From: the human T2T-CHM13v2.0 reference genome, Homo sapiens
Length of the DNA stretch: 64,000 bases
Strand: one strand, 5' to 3'
Assembly (NCBI RefSeq): GCF_009914755.1
Contig: NC_060928.1
A program made the translations under genes and the position numbers. Position 1 is the first letter of the stretch; every line of letters begins with the position of its first letter. Shown one piece after another: positions 40,960-55,190 of the stretch. The notes beneath the pieces were generated by a model. That model was given only the letters and a program-made list of their open reading frames with translations, did not search any database and was not told the DNA's origin.

Positions 40960-42770
40960 AGTTTTGCAGATACCCCTGTTGATAACAGTGATATAAAAAA
41001 GGAAGTATTCATGTTTATTTATAGTACAGAAAGTCAAGCTGCTGGAAAAACACTGGACAGCAGTGTAAGTGTGAAACATCTTATAGAACAGTATGGTGTT
41101 GGAATGTCCACCATATATGACCCAAAGAAACCAAAGGATAAACTATTGATGTTCTATGTTAAAAGTGATGAACAGAAGTTAATGAAAAATAGAAAAGCAC
41201 TGCAGAAAAATAAAAATGAACATCTCAATCATGTATTAAAAGAGTGGATCCATCAGCAAAACGGTGAACATATGACATGATGGTATGCTGATCATGAAAA
41301 GAGCAAGGATCTATCACAATCAACTGAAAATTGAAGGGAAGTATGAACATTCAACAGGCTGGTTGCAGATATTTAAGAAAAGACGCAGCATTATATTTTT
41401 AAAGATTTGTGACAATAAAACATCTGTTGATCACAAAGCCACTGATAAATTCTGACAAGTTTGCCAAGGTTGCGCTGATGAAAATCTGATGCCAGAACAA
41501 GGCTATTTGGCTGATAAAATATTGCTGTCTTGGGATTATTGTTCCAGAAAGACATGGACTATAGTTGATAAAAGAGCCCGTAAAGTAATTAAAAATGGCA
41601 GCAGCCAAATAACTGTGCTAGAATATGTTAATGGCTCACCCATGTATTAGTATTACTGTAAATTTGCTGTAATAGGAAAAAGTTTTAATTCTCATTGTTT
41701 TCAAGGAGTAAATATTTTACCAGTCCATTGTTATGCTAGCAAAAAGGCATGACTCACCAGGGACATCTTTCTAAATGGTTTCATGAACATTTTTACCAGT
41801 GGCTCATGCTTATGCAGAAAAGCTGGACTGGATGATAACTGAAAGAGTTTGTTATTCCTTAGCAGCTGTTCTGCTCATCCTACAACTGAAATTCTCATAA
41901 AAAATAATGGTTATGCCACGTACTTTCTCCCAAATGTGACTTCATAATTCATCCATGTGACTAGGGTGTCCTTAGATCAATGAAGAGCAAATATAAAAAC
42001 ACTTTCTTGAACAGCAGGCTAGCACCAGTGAACAGGGTGAGCGTGTGGAAGGTTTTCAAAAGGAGTTTAGCAAGAAAGATGCCATCTATGCTGTTGCCAA
42101 TACTTGGAACAGAGTGAATAAAGACAGTTGTGCATGCCTGGCACAATCTCTGGCTTGTGACTATGTTCAGTGATAACGATAAACAAGGTCATGACTTTGA
42201 AGGATTTTGTATGGTAAGTGAGAAAAAAAAATGATGTCTGACCTCCTTATATGTACAAAAAATACACCTGTAGAGCATGCTTGTGCAATCTGCAGCCCAC
42301 AGGCCCAGGATGGCTTTGAATGCAGCCCAACACAAATTTATAAACTTTCTTAAAACATTATGAGTTTTTCTGCAATTTTTTTTAGCTCATCAGCTATCAT
42401 TATTGTTAGTGTATATTATGCGTGGCCCAAGACAATTGGTCTTCCAGTGTGGTCCAGGGAAGCCAAAAGATTGGACACCCCTGCTTTAGAGTCTATTAGT
42501 AAGCTGAAAGAAGTGTGTATTCAAGTTTCTAACACGGATCATGAGGCATGAGGTTCCAGTTATTCATTCATTGACTGATGGTGAAATGGCTTTGAATCAA
42601 GGTGATTGTGATAATAGTGATGATAATGGTGACGTTGTTAACACTGCAGAAAAAGTGTCTACAGGCAAAATGGTGAAAACATGTTGTGGGTTTATTGAAG
42701 GACTAGAGCAGCATGCATTTATAGCAGAGCAACAAATCATGTTTGTAAAATCGAAGAGAGACTCTTGAGA
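40960..42770 (+). pseudogene. Dead pogo/Tigger transposase (CENP-B-type HTH and DDE remnants)
   Basis: ORF 40897-41280 contains VSVKHLIEQYGVGMSTIYDPKKPKDKLL..RKALQK..EHLNHVLKEWIHQ (HTH, Jerky/TIGD-like); downstream gctcatcct and tttctcccaaatgtgacttcataattcatccatgtgactagggtg resemble the DDE-domain motifs AHP and F.PNVTS.IQP.DQG, with stops and frameshifts. Confidence 0.85.
42276..42483 (-). mobile_element. MER30 (hAT-Charlie MITE) nested in Tigger4
   Basis: Ends cagggaagccaaaagattggacacccctg; 8-bp TSD ctgtagag/ctttagag (7 of 8 match). Confidence 0.92.
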
Positions 42771-44023
42771 CTCAAACCATTGTTAATGAGGCAGATAACT
42801 CTGGAGGAAACATTTTAAAATGTTATCCAAAAGAACTTCTGTTCATCCTTTGAGGACCCACGTCCTGGTCTCTCAACTGCTTCTGATGTTTCTTCTCACC
42901 TGAAAACATACAGTGTACACTAACCTTTTAATCAAAACACAGGATCATAGGTGGAGGTTGAAATCCTGCTGTTGTTTGTTGCTGCTGTTGTTTAACAGCT
43001 GATATAGGCATCTGGTGATATGACTGTGCTGCTTACTTACTCTGAACACATTATTTTTTCACTGTATTAATGGTATATCATATATTTTACTGTTAAGTAC
43101 TTACTTATGTGTGTGTAAGTGTACAAAAATGACTGCTTATGAGTAACATATAAATTCAGAGTCAGGAATGATGGTGATGCTAAAGAATCACAGATTGTCC
43201 CCATGGGGGGCTGAGATAGTGATACCTTTGTCTTATGATGATTCAATATACACATGCTCAAAATCAGTACAATTTTATTAAAATTATTTGTTTTAACAAA
43301 TATCTTTGTTTCATGCTCAAAACATTGTCTCATGCTCAAAATTATTTAAAATATTGTATAAAATTATATCCTCACTATTTACATAATATATATATGAGAC
43401 ATAAGTGAGTTTTGTATTTAAACTTGGGCCTCATCCCCAAGATATCCCATTATATATATGCAAATATTCCAAAATCCAAAAATTCCAAAATTGAAAATAA
43501 TTATTGTCCCAACATATCCGATAAGGAATAGTCAACCTATATTCCGAAGTCTTCATCAGGACAGAGCAGTCAAGTGATAACTTTATGTATCCTAAAGCAG
43601 TGAGTCTAAAATCCAAGGCCATTTAATTTTTGTAACCACTTGAATTTTTTCCTTATTTTTATAATAAGTAAATACTTCCCAGTTTTACCCAAGGAGATGT
43701 CCACATTTTTGCTATGACAATGTACAATCCATATTCTGGTTCTCAGTTTCTTTTTTTTTTAATAATGGAAAATAGCAAGGTGCATTTTACAGCAACTTCT
43801 AGTTCTGGAATAATGTAATCTGAAATTCTGGAATTAAATTATACCAATCTAAATTATCACTCTGCTTTGGAGAAAAGTAATATTTCTTATAATCTCCCAT
43901 TCAGAAATTTATTATCCTAATGATTTAATAAAGCCAATGGGGGGAAGAAAACCCTAGAAAGGGTGTGTCCTTCAGTGTGAGACAGAAAACCCCAGTAAAG
44001 TAAAATCTCTCTTTTAACAGTTA

Positions 44024-44578
44024 CAGTAGGCAGAATTCTAAAAGGATCCACAATGACCCATGCCCTTTTATAATCTCTTCTCCTTAAGTGTGAGTAGAAT
44101 CTAAGAATATGAATCATGGGCAGAATCAAGGGATATAATTCCCATGATTGTTACTTTATACAGTAAAGGTTAAATAATGTAATTAAGAACCTTAATCTGG
44201 GTTGGGTCTGATGTATAATCAGGTGAGTCATTTAAAAGCAAGTTTAGGCTTTCTCTGAGTTCAGAGAAGTCTTAAAAACGCAAGCTCCAAAAATTAAAGT
44301 GAAAAAAAAAAGACACAAGCTCCCATGAGTTCTACATCGGCAAGAAAATTAATTCTACCAACAATCAAATAAGCTTAGAAGTGGATTCTTCCCCAGTCAA
44401 GTCTTCACATTAGCCCTCAATGATGGCTGACACCTTTATTGCAGTCTGTGAGATCCTGAGTGGAGGACCCAGTTCAGCTGTGCCCAGACTCCTGACTCAT
44501 GAAAACTGTGAGATACCACATGAGGTGTTTTAAGCTATTAAGTTTGTGGTAATTTGTTATATAGTAATAAAAAGCTCT
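44024..44578 (+). mobile_element. MLT1E-like MaLR LTR
   Basis: taggcagaattctaaa...gtggattcttccccagtc...gctgacacctttattgcagtctgtgaga...aagctattaagtttgtggtaatttgttat. Confidence 0.8.
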
Positions 44579-44609
44579 TTTAAGAGTTTTCGATCCAATT
44601 AAAATAACA

Positions 44610-44704
44610 TACATTATAGACCAAAATATTTACTCTTACAACATAGATGAGATACTTTGCTCCTACATTATTGACCAAAATATTTACTCTTAAAACATAG
44701 ATGA
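44610..44704. repeat. 41-bp direct duplication with a 13-bp spacer
   Basis: tacattat(a/t)gaccaaaatatttactctta(c/a)aacatagatga at 44610-44650 and 44664-44704. Confidence 0.93.
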
Positions 44705-46443
44705 CATAGATAATGCTTTAGTGAATTTTCTTCAAGGATATTTCTAAGTGTAATTGCTTTAGTTGGTAAATTTCTTATACCAAGCACAAACATGCCAACC
44801 GTGCTGCCACCTGATGGCATCTGATCTAGCTGTAGAGATCACTGGGCATATGGGCTTTGGCAGATTTGAAGTTTTATTACAGCCAGATGAACTCCACTTC
44901 TCCTCTGCAACACCCAGTTTTGAGGTTACTGGTCAGCTTTGTCACTGGCACCTGTTTCCTACAGTATTCTAAGTTGGGGTGGAAGCAACACATTTCTGAC
45001 TCTCAGGACTAAAGTGAGGCATCCAAACTGAAACCTTGTGACATCCCACTCACACCCCAACTTTCACTTCCTTAAGACTTTTAGTGATTTTTCTAAGCCC
45101 CCAAATTTTTGCATTAAACCTTTTTCTGTTCAAATTACCTAGCATGGTTTCCATTTTCCTGACTGATGCATAACTGGTCATGACTGAAATATAACAATAA
45201 TTGAATTAATGTCATTTTAATTAATTAGATAATTAATTAGATGACAGCTGTTACTTTATTAGATTTGATAGTAATAAGTGAAATCATACAATTCCAAGTT
45301 TTTAACACTTGAAGGTTTGAATCCACATTGACACTCTTCCTGATTTCATGATACACTTATAGAATCTCCAACTCTATTATAGCTTATTTATGCCTTTGGC
45401 ATCTGCAGGAATGCTTTGGAAAGGAAAACGTAGTTAAGCAAATTCTGGGATGTGTTTAAAAAGTTAAAGTAGCTCAATTTAGAATTCTTGTTGCAACTTA
45501 CTTCTCACATCCCTTCACTTTGGACAGAATTACCATTGTAGGTGAGTTGTTCATGACTAAAATAAACATAGTAGTCTTAGGTATTCCTTTGTCAAACAAG
45601 GCAGTTTAGTGCTGAGCACATATTAGCTTATTTTATTTTTCGGTTATTCTTTATCTTGGTGTAGTTTACAGATTTATGAGTAATAATGCATCACTTAATG
45701 TGGTATATAGAGAATTTACAAGTAAATATAAGAACTTTTTGAAGTTGTATAAAGAGATAGAGAAGCATACCTTGAGACTCTTAAAATCACAATATGTGTG
45801 TGCTTAGCCTCTCTCCTGCTCTTTCAGACTTCCAAGGTTGTCACACGGTTTTCATGTAACCAATGCTATAAAAACAATGATTCAAAACTTTACCCTCAAG
45901 TCATTTACATGAATAAATATTCAATATACATTTCCAATTGGACTTAATTTCTCTACTCTCACGGACTGAGAGGTATGGGTATGTATATTAACAGTCTCAC
46001 AACTTCCTAGGACTTTCCTAGCCTGTGTGAGACAAGCTATCTCACTGCAACAGGCACACGAAATGAAGGCTTTTCAAAGACCATCTCATGGTACTGAATA
46101 TGAAATCTGGTGTCTCACAGTGCAAAGCATAACCACTTAGCTGTTTCTTTTAAGCTCCATTTCTCCCAACAAAAGGCTATTCTTTAGCTCTGTAGTTCAG
46201 TTCACAACAGTATAATGAGAATCTTTGATGTCTAAGCAGGCTTAAATACAGCACAGAAACACAAAGTTCATATCGCTGTATGTGTATATGCGTTTGGTCA
46301 AACAATAAATTCTAGGCCTTGAATAGGGATCAGCCAATTTAATAGAGACATCTTATCCATCATGTCTAAAGTACAATTTATGAGAAAACCTGAAAGTTTT
46401 TACATCAAAACTTCTGTGAACAAAATGTTAAGAGTTTGCAGTG

Positions 46444-46751
<308 letters not shown>

Positions 46752-46964
46752 AAGAGTTTGCAGTGACAGATTCAGGGGAGTTTTATGTTTATGATGCTTT
46801 TCATTACTTTCTATTACATATCACTTACTGAAAAGGGTATTTAAAAGAACATACAAGGGAAATTTATCCATGTATTGGAATTATTATTAAGAGTTAACCA
46901 CATTTTAGTATCTCTTAACTAATACTTGTTCTTGAAAAATTAATGTAATGTAATTTCTGTTCTG

Positions 46965-48185
46965 CAAAAAACAATGTCAAGAGAACAACAACAACAACAA
47001 CAACAACAAAAAACAACCCAAAGACTGGGAGGAAATATTTGCAAAAGACATATTTGTTAAAGAACTGTTATCCAAAATTTGCAAAAATTCTAAAAATTCA
47101 ACAATTAAAAAAATAAATAGCCAGAATAAGAAATGGACCGAAGATCTTTACAGACACCTCATCAAAGAAGATGGGAAATAGGCATTTAAATAATTATCCA
47201 CATTATATGTCATCAGGGAAATGTAAATTAAAATAACTATTAGAATGGCTGAAATCCAAAACACTGACAACACCAAATGCTAGCAAGGATGTGGAGCAAT
47301 AGGAACTCCCATTCATTACTGGCGGAAATGCAAAATGATAACGGCAACTTTGAAAGGCAGTTTGGTGGCTTTTCATAAAACTAAACATAATCTCACTATA
47401 TGATCCAGCAATTGTACTCCTTGGTATTTACCTAAAGGAATTGAAAACATGTCCACACAAAAATCTGCACATGGATGTTTGAAGCAGTTTTATTTATAAT
47501 TGCCAAAAGTTGGGAACAACCACAATGTCCTGCAGTTTATTCATTCAATGAATGAATAAACAATCACAATTAATTCAATGAATGAATAAACAACCATAAT
47601 GTCCTACAATCTGCACACAGATGTTTGAAGCAGTTTTATTTATAATTGCCAAAAGTTGGAAAAAACCACAATGTCCTACAGTTTATTCATTCAATGAATG
47701 AATAAACAAACATGATTCATTCAATGAATGAATAAACAACCACAATGTCCTACAGTTTATTCATTCACTGTATACTATATAATTCCAACTAAATGACATT
47801 CTGGAAATGGCAAAATGATGGGAACACTAAAATGATCAGTGGTTGATGAGGTGGAGTGGGGGATGGGTTGAATAGATACAATACAGACGATTTTCAGAGC
47901 AATGAAAATATTCTGTATGATACTATATTGATGGGTACATATCACTATACATTTGGCCAAACCCATAGAATGTACACCAAGAGTGTCCCCTAAAGTAAAC
48001 TGTGGACTCTGGGTGATTATGATGTGTCAGTGTGAGTTCACCAATGGTAACAAACATACTACCCTTGTGGGGAACGTTGATAATGGGGGAGGCTAACCAT
48101 TTGTGAGGGCAAGAGCAATTTGGGAAATCTCTGTATCTTCTTAATTTTGCTGTGAACCTAAAGCTTAAAAGATATATAAAACTTC
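46965..48185 (+). mobile_element. L1MC-type 3' end with an internal rearrangement
   Basis: gactgggaggaaatatttgcaaaagac...aacactgacaacaccaaatgctagcaaggatgtggagcaataggaactc...taaactgtggactctgggtgattatgatgtgtcagtgt. Confidence 0.88.
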
Positions 48186-48512
48186 TAAATGAAGATATAA
48201 AAAAATAAATTAATGCAATAGAGGAAAGTATTGTATATAATGGTTCACATTTCACTTTGTCATATAAAGAAGTTTCAGACTTAACAAATAAAAACATGGA
48301 TCTCTTTACTGAAAAAAAGAAATTAAAAAACAATGTTAAGGCTGTAGTTAGAGGCTGCTAGCTAGACATTAAGTAGAGATTATGTGTTGGATTCTAGCAA
48401 AGCTTGCACTTTTCCAAACCATCACCTGTACCACAAATTAGCTCTGATTGGATATTTAAAAAAATATAAACCCTAAGCATCTTATGACAGCAATCAAGAA
48501 GAAGCCTGTGGA

Positions 48513-48810
48513 GGTCGGGCATGGTGGCTCACGCTTGTAATTTCATCACTTTGGGAGGCCAAAGAAAGCAAATAGCTTATGCTCAGGAGTTCAAGACCAG
48601 CCTGGGCAACATGGTAAGACCCTGTCTCTACTAAAAATACAAAAAAAAAAAAAAAAAAAAAAAGGCAGGCATGGTGGTGCATGCCTGTGGTTGTGGTTTC
48701 AGCTATTCAGGAGGCTGAGATGGCAGGAGTGATTGAGTCAGGAGGGTAGAGGTTGTAGTGAGCTGTGATCGCACCATTGCACTCCAGCTTGGATGATAGA
48801 GTAAGATCCT
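48513..48810 (+). mobile_element. AluJ-type SINE with expanded middle A tract and degenerate tail
   Basis: gctcaggagttcaagaccagcctgggcaacatgg; gctgtgatcgcaccattgcactccagc. Confidence 0.88.
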
Positions 48811-49270
48811 CCCCCACCAGCCCTACACCCCACAAAAAAAGCCCACTGAGCTGGGCAATTCTGCTACCTCCACTAGAGAAACAACTACGTGGTTATAATT
48901 CACTGAAGGTAAGTAATAGAATGCTTGGTTTTAAAACTAAACAGAAGTTTACAAGTAATCCAGCTCAATTTATTCATTTGTATTTATATTTTTATAGGCA
49001 TAATACAAGCATATGATAAGAAACATCCAAATGAATTCAAACACACATATACATATATAATTTACATTATATGTGTGTTTGTATGTGTATTCACATGTAC
49101 ATATCAATGTGACAACAGTAAAACAAAATTAACAATTTTTATTTCCTACTAAAATAAGGACAAAGTATATACTATGGGGGGGGCTATATTTTAAAAGTCT
49201 AAATTCAAATTTTACAAGTCTACATAGATTCTACCAATCTGTTGGATGATACAAACATTATCACTTATAT

Positions 49271-49563
49271 CAGTGTTTTGTAACACATGATTTGCAGAAC
49301 ATTAGTGAGTTGTGAGATCAATATAGTAGGTCATTAAGAGCCGTTTTTAATAAAACCAAATAGAATAGAATACAAAAATAACAGAGTGCATTACTCATGC
49401 TTAGGGTAAGTTTTGTTTTATAAAGCTATTTCTTAACTTTCATTTAACTTGTATGTTTAACTTTATTTAATTTAAGCATATATCTGTGTATCCAATTGTA
49501 ATGTAAAATGTAACTTTTACTATAGTCATAGTAAAATGAAACTAAAAAAGTTTCAAAGCCACT
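49271..49563. mobile_element. Non-autonomous hAT-Charlie-like DNA transposon remnant
   Basis: cagtgttttg...cattagtgagttgtgagatcaat...aatgtaaaatgta...aaaaaagtttcaaagccact; family assignment from memory. Confidence 0.5.
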
Positions 49564-51537
49564 TACCACTGATTTCCCTAAGAAATGTATCCTATGGTGA
49601 GGTGGAACAAAAATAAGAAAACAAAGTGTGATTATAGGTTGAAAGAAATACAATGATAGTAAAATACAATATATATTCATAGAAAATGTCTTTGGAAATG
49701 TAATGATAGAAGAACTATTTTGCTAATTAAATGCATCATGGCAAGCCATATCAAAGAGCTTTATATTATTGAGAAAGTTTGTGTTATAGAGACAAGATCT
49801 CCGTCTCCCCATCAGTTTTTTTCATAGTAATTATGCCTTTTTGAGGCTATTTGTTCACAACTCACCTCCATTATCCACAAACTGAGCCAAAAGAAAATTA
49901 TAAAAGCATGAAGTATATGAAAAAAATACCACCACCACCCTCCCATTGGTTCCTGATGATAATGTCAATAATGAGAGAAGAGTTCTTGGCACTTCTTCAT
50001 GCTGGTGTTGAAAGAGTGAAGAAGATTATTTTATTTTATATTATTCTCAGCTGCAGGCATTGGATTACAAGCCTTTTAATAGTAGCTTTTCAAATAGATG
50101 AAATGGACCTATCTTGAAATAAAAAATGAATGCTGGCTCTATTCCTTGATGCAAATGACAGCCATTGCTCAGCCTACTGATGTTCCTCTTCTCTTTTATA
50201 CACTGAGGAGATGGGATTAAAAGAGGACACATGTATCTAATGCAGGTCCTCCACTAATGCTGTGGCTGGTACACAATAATGATCAACTGTCTCCAAAAGA
50301 GGAGTAGTATATGAAGGGTTAAAAATCAAAATTTGGGGCTAAGACTTCTGATAATCAATAACAGTCATAGTAAAACCAACATGCAAAATAATATTTGTGG
50401 TACAAATGCAATAGATGATGGAGTAAATTTTTAACATACAAAAGGCAATGGCATTCCCACAAGTTCTGATTAAGCTGTTTTCAGCTAAGTAGTATTAAGT
50501 GTAAGTAGCAAGCCTAAGGGTTGCATTGCAGGCAGTCTACTGATCTCAATAATAAATCCTGGATTTATTTGAGAGCTGAGGTTGCAAACTGCAAATCCCA
50601 ATCACCAGTGCTCAGAAGCAAAATCCAAATCCAAATTCCAAACTCTGAGCTAGTGTATATTCTCTTTTGAATTAGAAAAACATTACAGGTCAAGCTCCCC
50701 CCAAATTTAGCCTCCCAGTTCCAGGCACAGAAGAAACTATATAATTTGGGGATTATAAAAACCATAACATGAATATTGCTTTGGATTTTGATCACACATA
50801 AAAAATGAGTTAATTTCAGAGACATATGCTCTTAGTGAATAAGACATAGAAAATGAAACCTCTTTCTGAAAATAACTTCTAGATTTATCTGTGATCACTT
50901 TTCTGAGTTCCATTTATATATTGAAATTAAGCTTCTTAATTTTCTTCCCTGTAGAAAAAAAAAATGGTGTGCCAAGTTTTATGATGCCATTAACAGAGTC
51001 TTTGATTGCTGAAGTTGCAACAGCATAAATTGTCATGTCTGTGACAATAAAAACTGACCCTTGGAGATTATATATTTCTAAATGTGGTATTATCTACACA
51101 CACAGAGTGAAAATAGAATTGAGACAAGACATGTGACTGGATAAATCAGTCTAAAGAACATGCCTGCTATTTTAATCAAGGGCAGTCTCAAATTTTCTAG
51201 ATCATGTCTAAATTTTCAAATTTCTCATTTTATTTATAAATAAAGCTTCTGTGCATTAGCCCAAAGTTTTACTTCTTGAATATTATATCATTCCTTAAAT
51301 CTTGAGAGAAAATAAAGTCAGATAATTACTTATTATTTAATAATTAACACTCATTCAATAATTTCTACCAATCATAAACTGCTCACTAGCCTTTACCTAA
51401 ACTTTCCTGCTTAATTATCAAAACAACACCTGAATATCCATACGATGGAGTAATTATGTCACACAAAACAACAAGAGTAAATTTTAAACGCTTTCTAAGT
51501 GAAGGAAGCTGGACACCAATGTGTATGCAACATATGA

Positions 51538-51857
<320 letters not shown>

Positions 51858-51874
51858 CATATGAATTCTTAAAA

Positions 51875-52095
51875 AATGAAACTACAGTAACAAGAAGATC
51901 AGTGGTTGCCAGGGACTGGGCTTCAGGGAGGAAATGACTACAAAGTGGCAACCGGGAACTTTTTAGGGAAATGCAAATATTCTGTATCATGCTAGTGTTG
52001 GCAGTTATGCTACTGTACACATTTATCAAAAGTCATCACAAAAAGACCTACATTATATTGTATAAAAAGTATATACCAATAAAGTTGATTTTGAG
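51875..52095 (+). mobile_element. Old L1M 3' UTR fragment
   Basis: aaactacagtaacaagaagatcagtggttgccaggg...gggaactttttaggg...aatattctgtatcatg...ccaataaagttgatttt. Confidence 0.75.
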
Positions 52096-53718
52096 AATTA
52101 AAAAAAATCACTTGAATGTTATACATCTATCTTTTCCTTTTTTTAAAGAACAGACTGAGGTTGAACTTGAATAACTTGCACAAGGTCACAGTCAGTATAC
52201 TAAACCCACACTTGATCGGCCCCAAGACCATGAACTCTACACAGTCAGGTAAGTTTTCTCCATTACCTCTTCTGCGTCTATGACTTGTGTCTTGTATAGA
52301 AGAGACAGTCGACATACACTTATAAGGCATATATAAATAGGTGCCTGGAAACCCAAGTTCTGTCTCCTCTATGGCACAATCTTGTGTCATAGTAGATTGT
52401 CTCTTCTCATGGTATTCTATTTCTTTAGGAAAATCTGAATTGAAAAAGCAAAAGTTCCCCCAAGTGGTGAAGATGGTATATCAGTATAACAAATTTCTCA
52501 TAAACTATTAAATGATATGCTATAATATTTACCTTTCAAATCAGAAGTAATCTATTCTGGAGGATTGAAGTATGACTTTCTTGCTGGTGGTGAATATCTT
52601 CCATAAAATTCCTTTGCTTTCTTATGCATTTCTGAATAAGGATTTCAGAAATTTATATTAATATTTTCTTTTTAGGATGATATGCCTTGGCCTTTCTCTC
52701 TATAGATCTCTATAATGAGTTTCATTCAAGATTTGCACACATTGAACATGGTATAACTATTCAATGTTTGTTCAAGAGGCCTAGCCTTGACCTGTCTGAT
52801 TTTCATTCTGTTTATAAATGACCTTGCATCCTACTGCATAATCTCTGAGCATACCCAATGCTTTTGGTTTTCTTTCTCAGATTTCAGATGCCGCAATCTC
52901 TCCTTGCATCTAAAACACCCAAGTTTACCAGACAGAGTTTCTTATAAACAATTTAAATGTGGTTGTCAAAAATCCATGCCAGCTGCTTCAGCTTCCTTTA
53001 CAATATTCAGGGTAATTAACATCTGCAAACTGCAAGGAAATAAAATTTCTCTCTTTCTCTTGTTCTGTGTCTCTGTCTCTCTTTTCAAAGACTTCCAGAC
53101 TTACTACTTGTGTTTATTTCAGGTTGATGAAAGGTATAATTTAAAGAATAGCCTTTCTTCTCCTTTCCTGCAAAATCAGCAGCTTTGAATAGGGATAAAG
53201 ATTGCTTCTGTATGAAGATCATTCAAGATGCCATTTTAAAACAGAAAATAGAATCAGACATAAAAATGCAGAAGTGTGTTTGGATTAGAAGCATTTCTTT
53301 TCAAGAATTGTAAGTCTTGTGCTATTCACTAGCTGGAAAATATCTCCAAATTGTCTATTGTATTTGCATTTAATGTAAGGAAGAAAAATATTCAAAGCAA
53401 TACCAAGAGCAATGGAGCAATAATCATGTGTACATGAGTGAAGAAAACTCACTCCATCCCAATTATTTAAAAACATGCAGCTAGTCATTTCACGCCTTGC
53501 AGGAAGTGTATGATGTGGACACAGAATCCAAGAAGAAAGAGAATGTATTATTCCAAGTGCTAGCTTGGTCAAACTACTAATAAATTCATCTTAAAAAAGA
53601 ATTAGGGATGCCTTTCCTTGTAGCACTTGACTTACAGGCTTCAGATGCATCAATTCATATGCACCATTGTACCTGTCACTGACAGTGGTTAGAAGTTAAG
53701 ATGCTTCCACTCCAGTAA

Positions 53719-54022
<304 letters not shown>

Positions 54023-54839
54023 ACTGCAATGCTTTTTATAATAGAAAATGCTGATAAGGAAACTGAAATTGGTTAAGAAACGAGGATAATAATTTTTTAG
54101 GAGTCTAAAAATTGTAGTGTACATGTATACTCTTGGTGACAGTATAGATACATTTTGACAGCAAGCAATTCAGAGTAAACCACAAAGGAAAATGAACATA
54201 AGAGCTTCCTGAAATAACTTAGGATAGCCATATTTGGCAAGAAAAATACAGAACCCAGTTAAATTTCAACTCTGTGTAGATGAGATAATTTTTAAAATAC
54301 AAGTACTTCTATGACTATTTGGAAATGCACTTACAGTCCTAAACTCTTGTTTGTCTGAAATTTAACTGGATGTTCCACATATTATCTGTCAGCCCTAATT
54401 TTAGTATAAAAATTAGTGTAAAAGCAACGCTATGAGTAACTCTGCAAGTACTAAACTGACTTCAAAACTAATATACCAAGTATTAGGATCCAAGTAATCA
54501 GTGTTTGGGGACAAGAAGATGAAGCTTTTATTTGTCCAATGAACAGCAAGAAAAATAAAAATAATGAGTTAAGTTTGTAATAAAAGCAGAAAAATTCAAT
54601 TAAATAAATGAACTTTAGAAGAAATAACATCTTCTTATTGTTTTAAAATATCCTTAGTTGATGAAATAAAAAAAGATGACATTACAACATTGGTCCTTCT
54701 TTTTCAGGTCTGTAAAATCAAGAAGTGTTAGTATTACTCGATTCTACTGATGTTTTTTCATCATCTGAAGTCGTATTGTTTTGTGTCTGGTTAGCGTTAA
54801 AATAAGAAAATTGTGTTGAACATAGACACACACAACCAC

Positions 54840-55190
54840 ACTTCATATTTCATAGCAGTTTAAGATTCACAGAAAAATTAAGTGGCAGGTACAGAGATTT
54901 CCCATATGCCTTCTGCCCTACACATGTACTGATACTCCTCGACTTAGGATAGGGCTACATCCAGATAAAACTGTACTAAATTAAAAACAGTAAGTCCAAC
55001 GTGCATTTTCAACTTCTGATATTTTTAATTTAGCCTGGGTTTATCTGGACTTAACCCCACAGCAAATGGAGGACAGTACTAAATGCATGTTGCTTTCACA
55101 CCATCTTAAAGTTGAAAAATTGTAAATCGAGCAATTGTTTAAGTTGGAAAATGTCCACATAGCCTCTCCCGTTATCAACATCCCTACCAC
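54840..55190 (-). mobile_element. L1MC 3' end fragment split by a MER47-type element
   Basis: agcagtttaagattcacag...acagagatttcccatatgcc, resuming after the insertion as gcctctcccgttatcaacatccc. Confidence 0.7.
54929..55159 (+). mobile_element. MER47-type (TcMar-Tigger) MITE
   Basis: TA|ctgatactcctcgacttaggatagggctacatccagataaa...gcatgttgctttcacaccatcttaaagttgaaaaattgtaa...|TA. Confidence 0.75.

Larger units (their letters stand above)
40536..43539 (+). mobile_element. Apparently full-length Tigger4 (Zombi) TcMar-Tigger DNA transposon
   Basis: TA|caggtagagtatccctaatctgaaaatc ... ataaggaatagtcaaccta|TA terminal inverted repeats; decayed pogo-family transposase inside. Confidence 0.9.

Noticed and set aside
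40897-41280. Possible domesticated TIGD/JRK-like gene
   Set aside because: Sits inside intact transposon ends, stops after the HTH region, and the downstream catalytic region has multiple stops, frameshifts and a MER30 insertion.
52787-53188. 133-aa ORF, and the 129-aa ORF at 61444-61833
   Set aside because: Non-ATG starts, composition typical of random AT-rich DNA and no recognisable motif.
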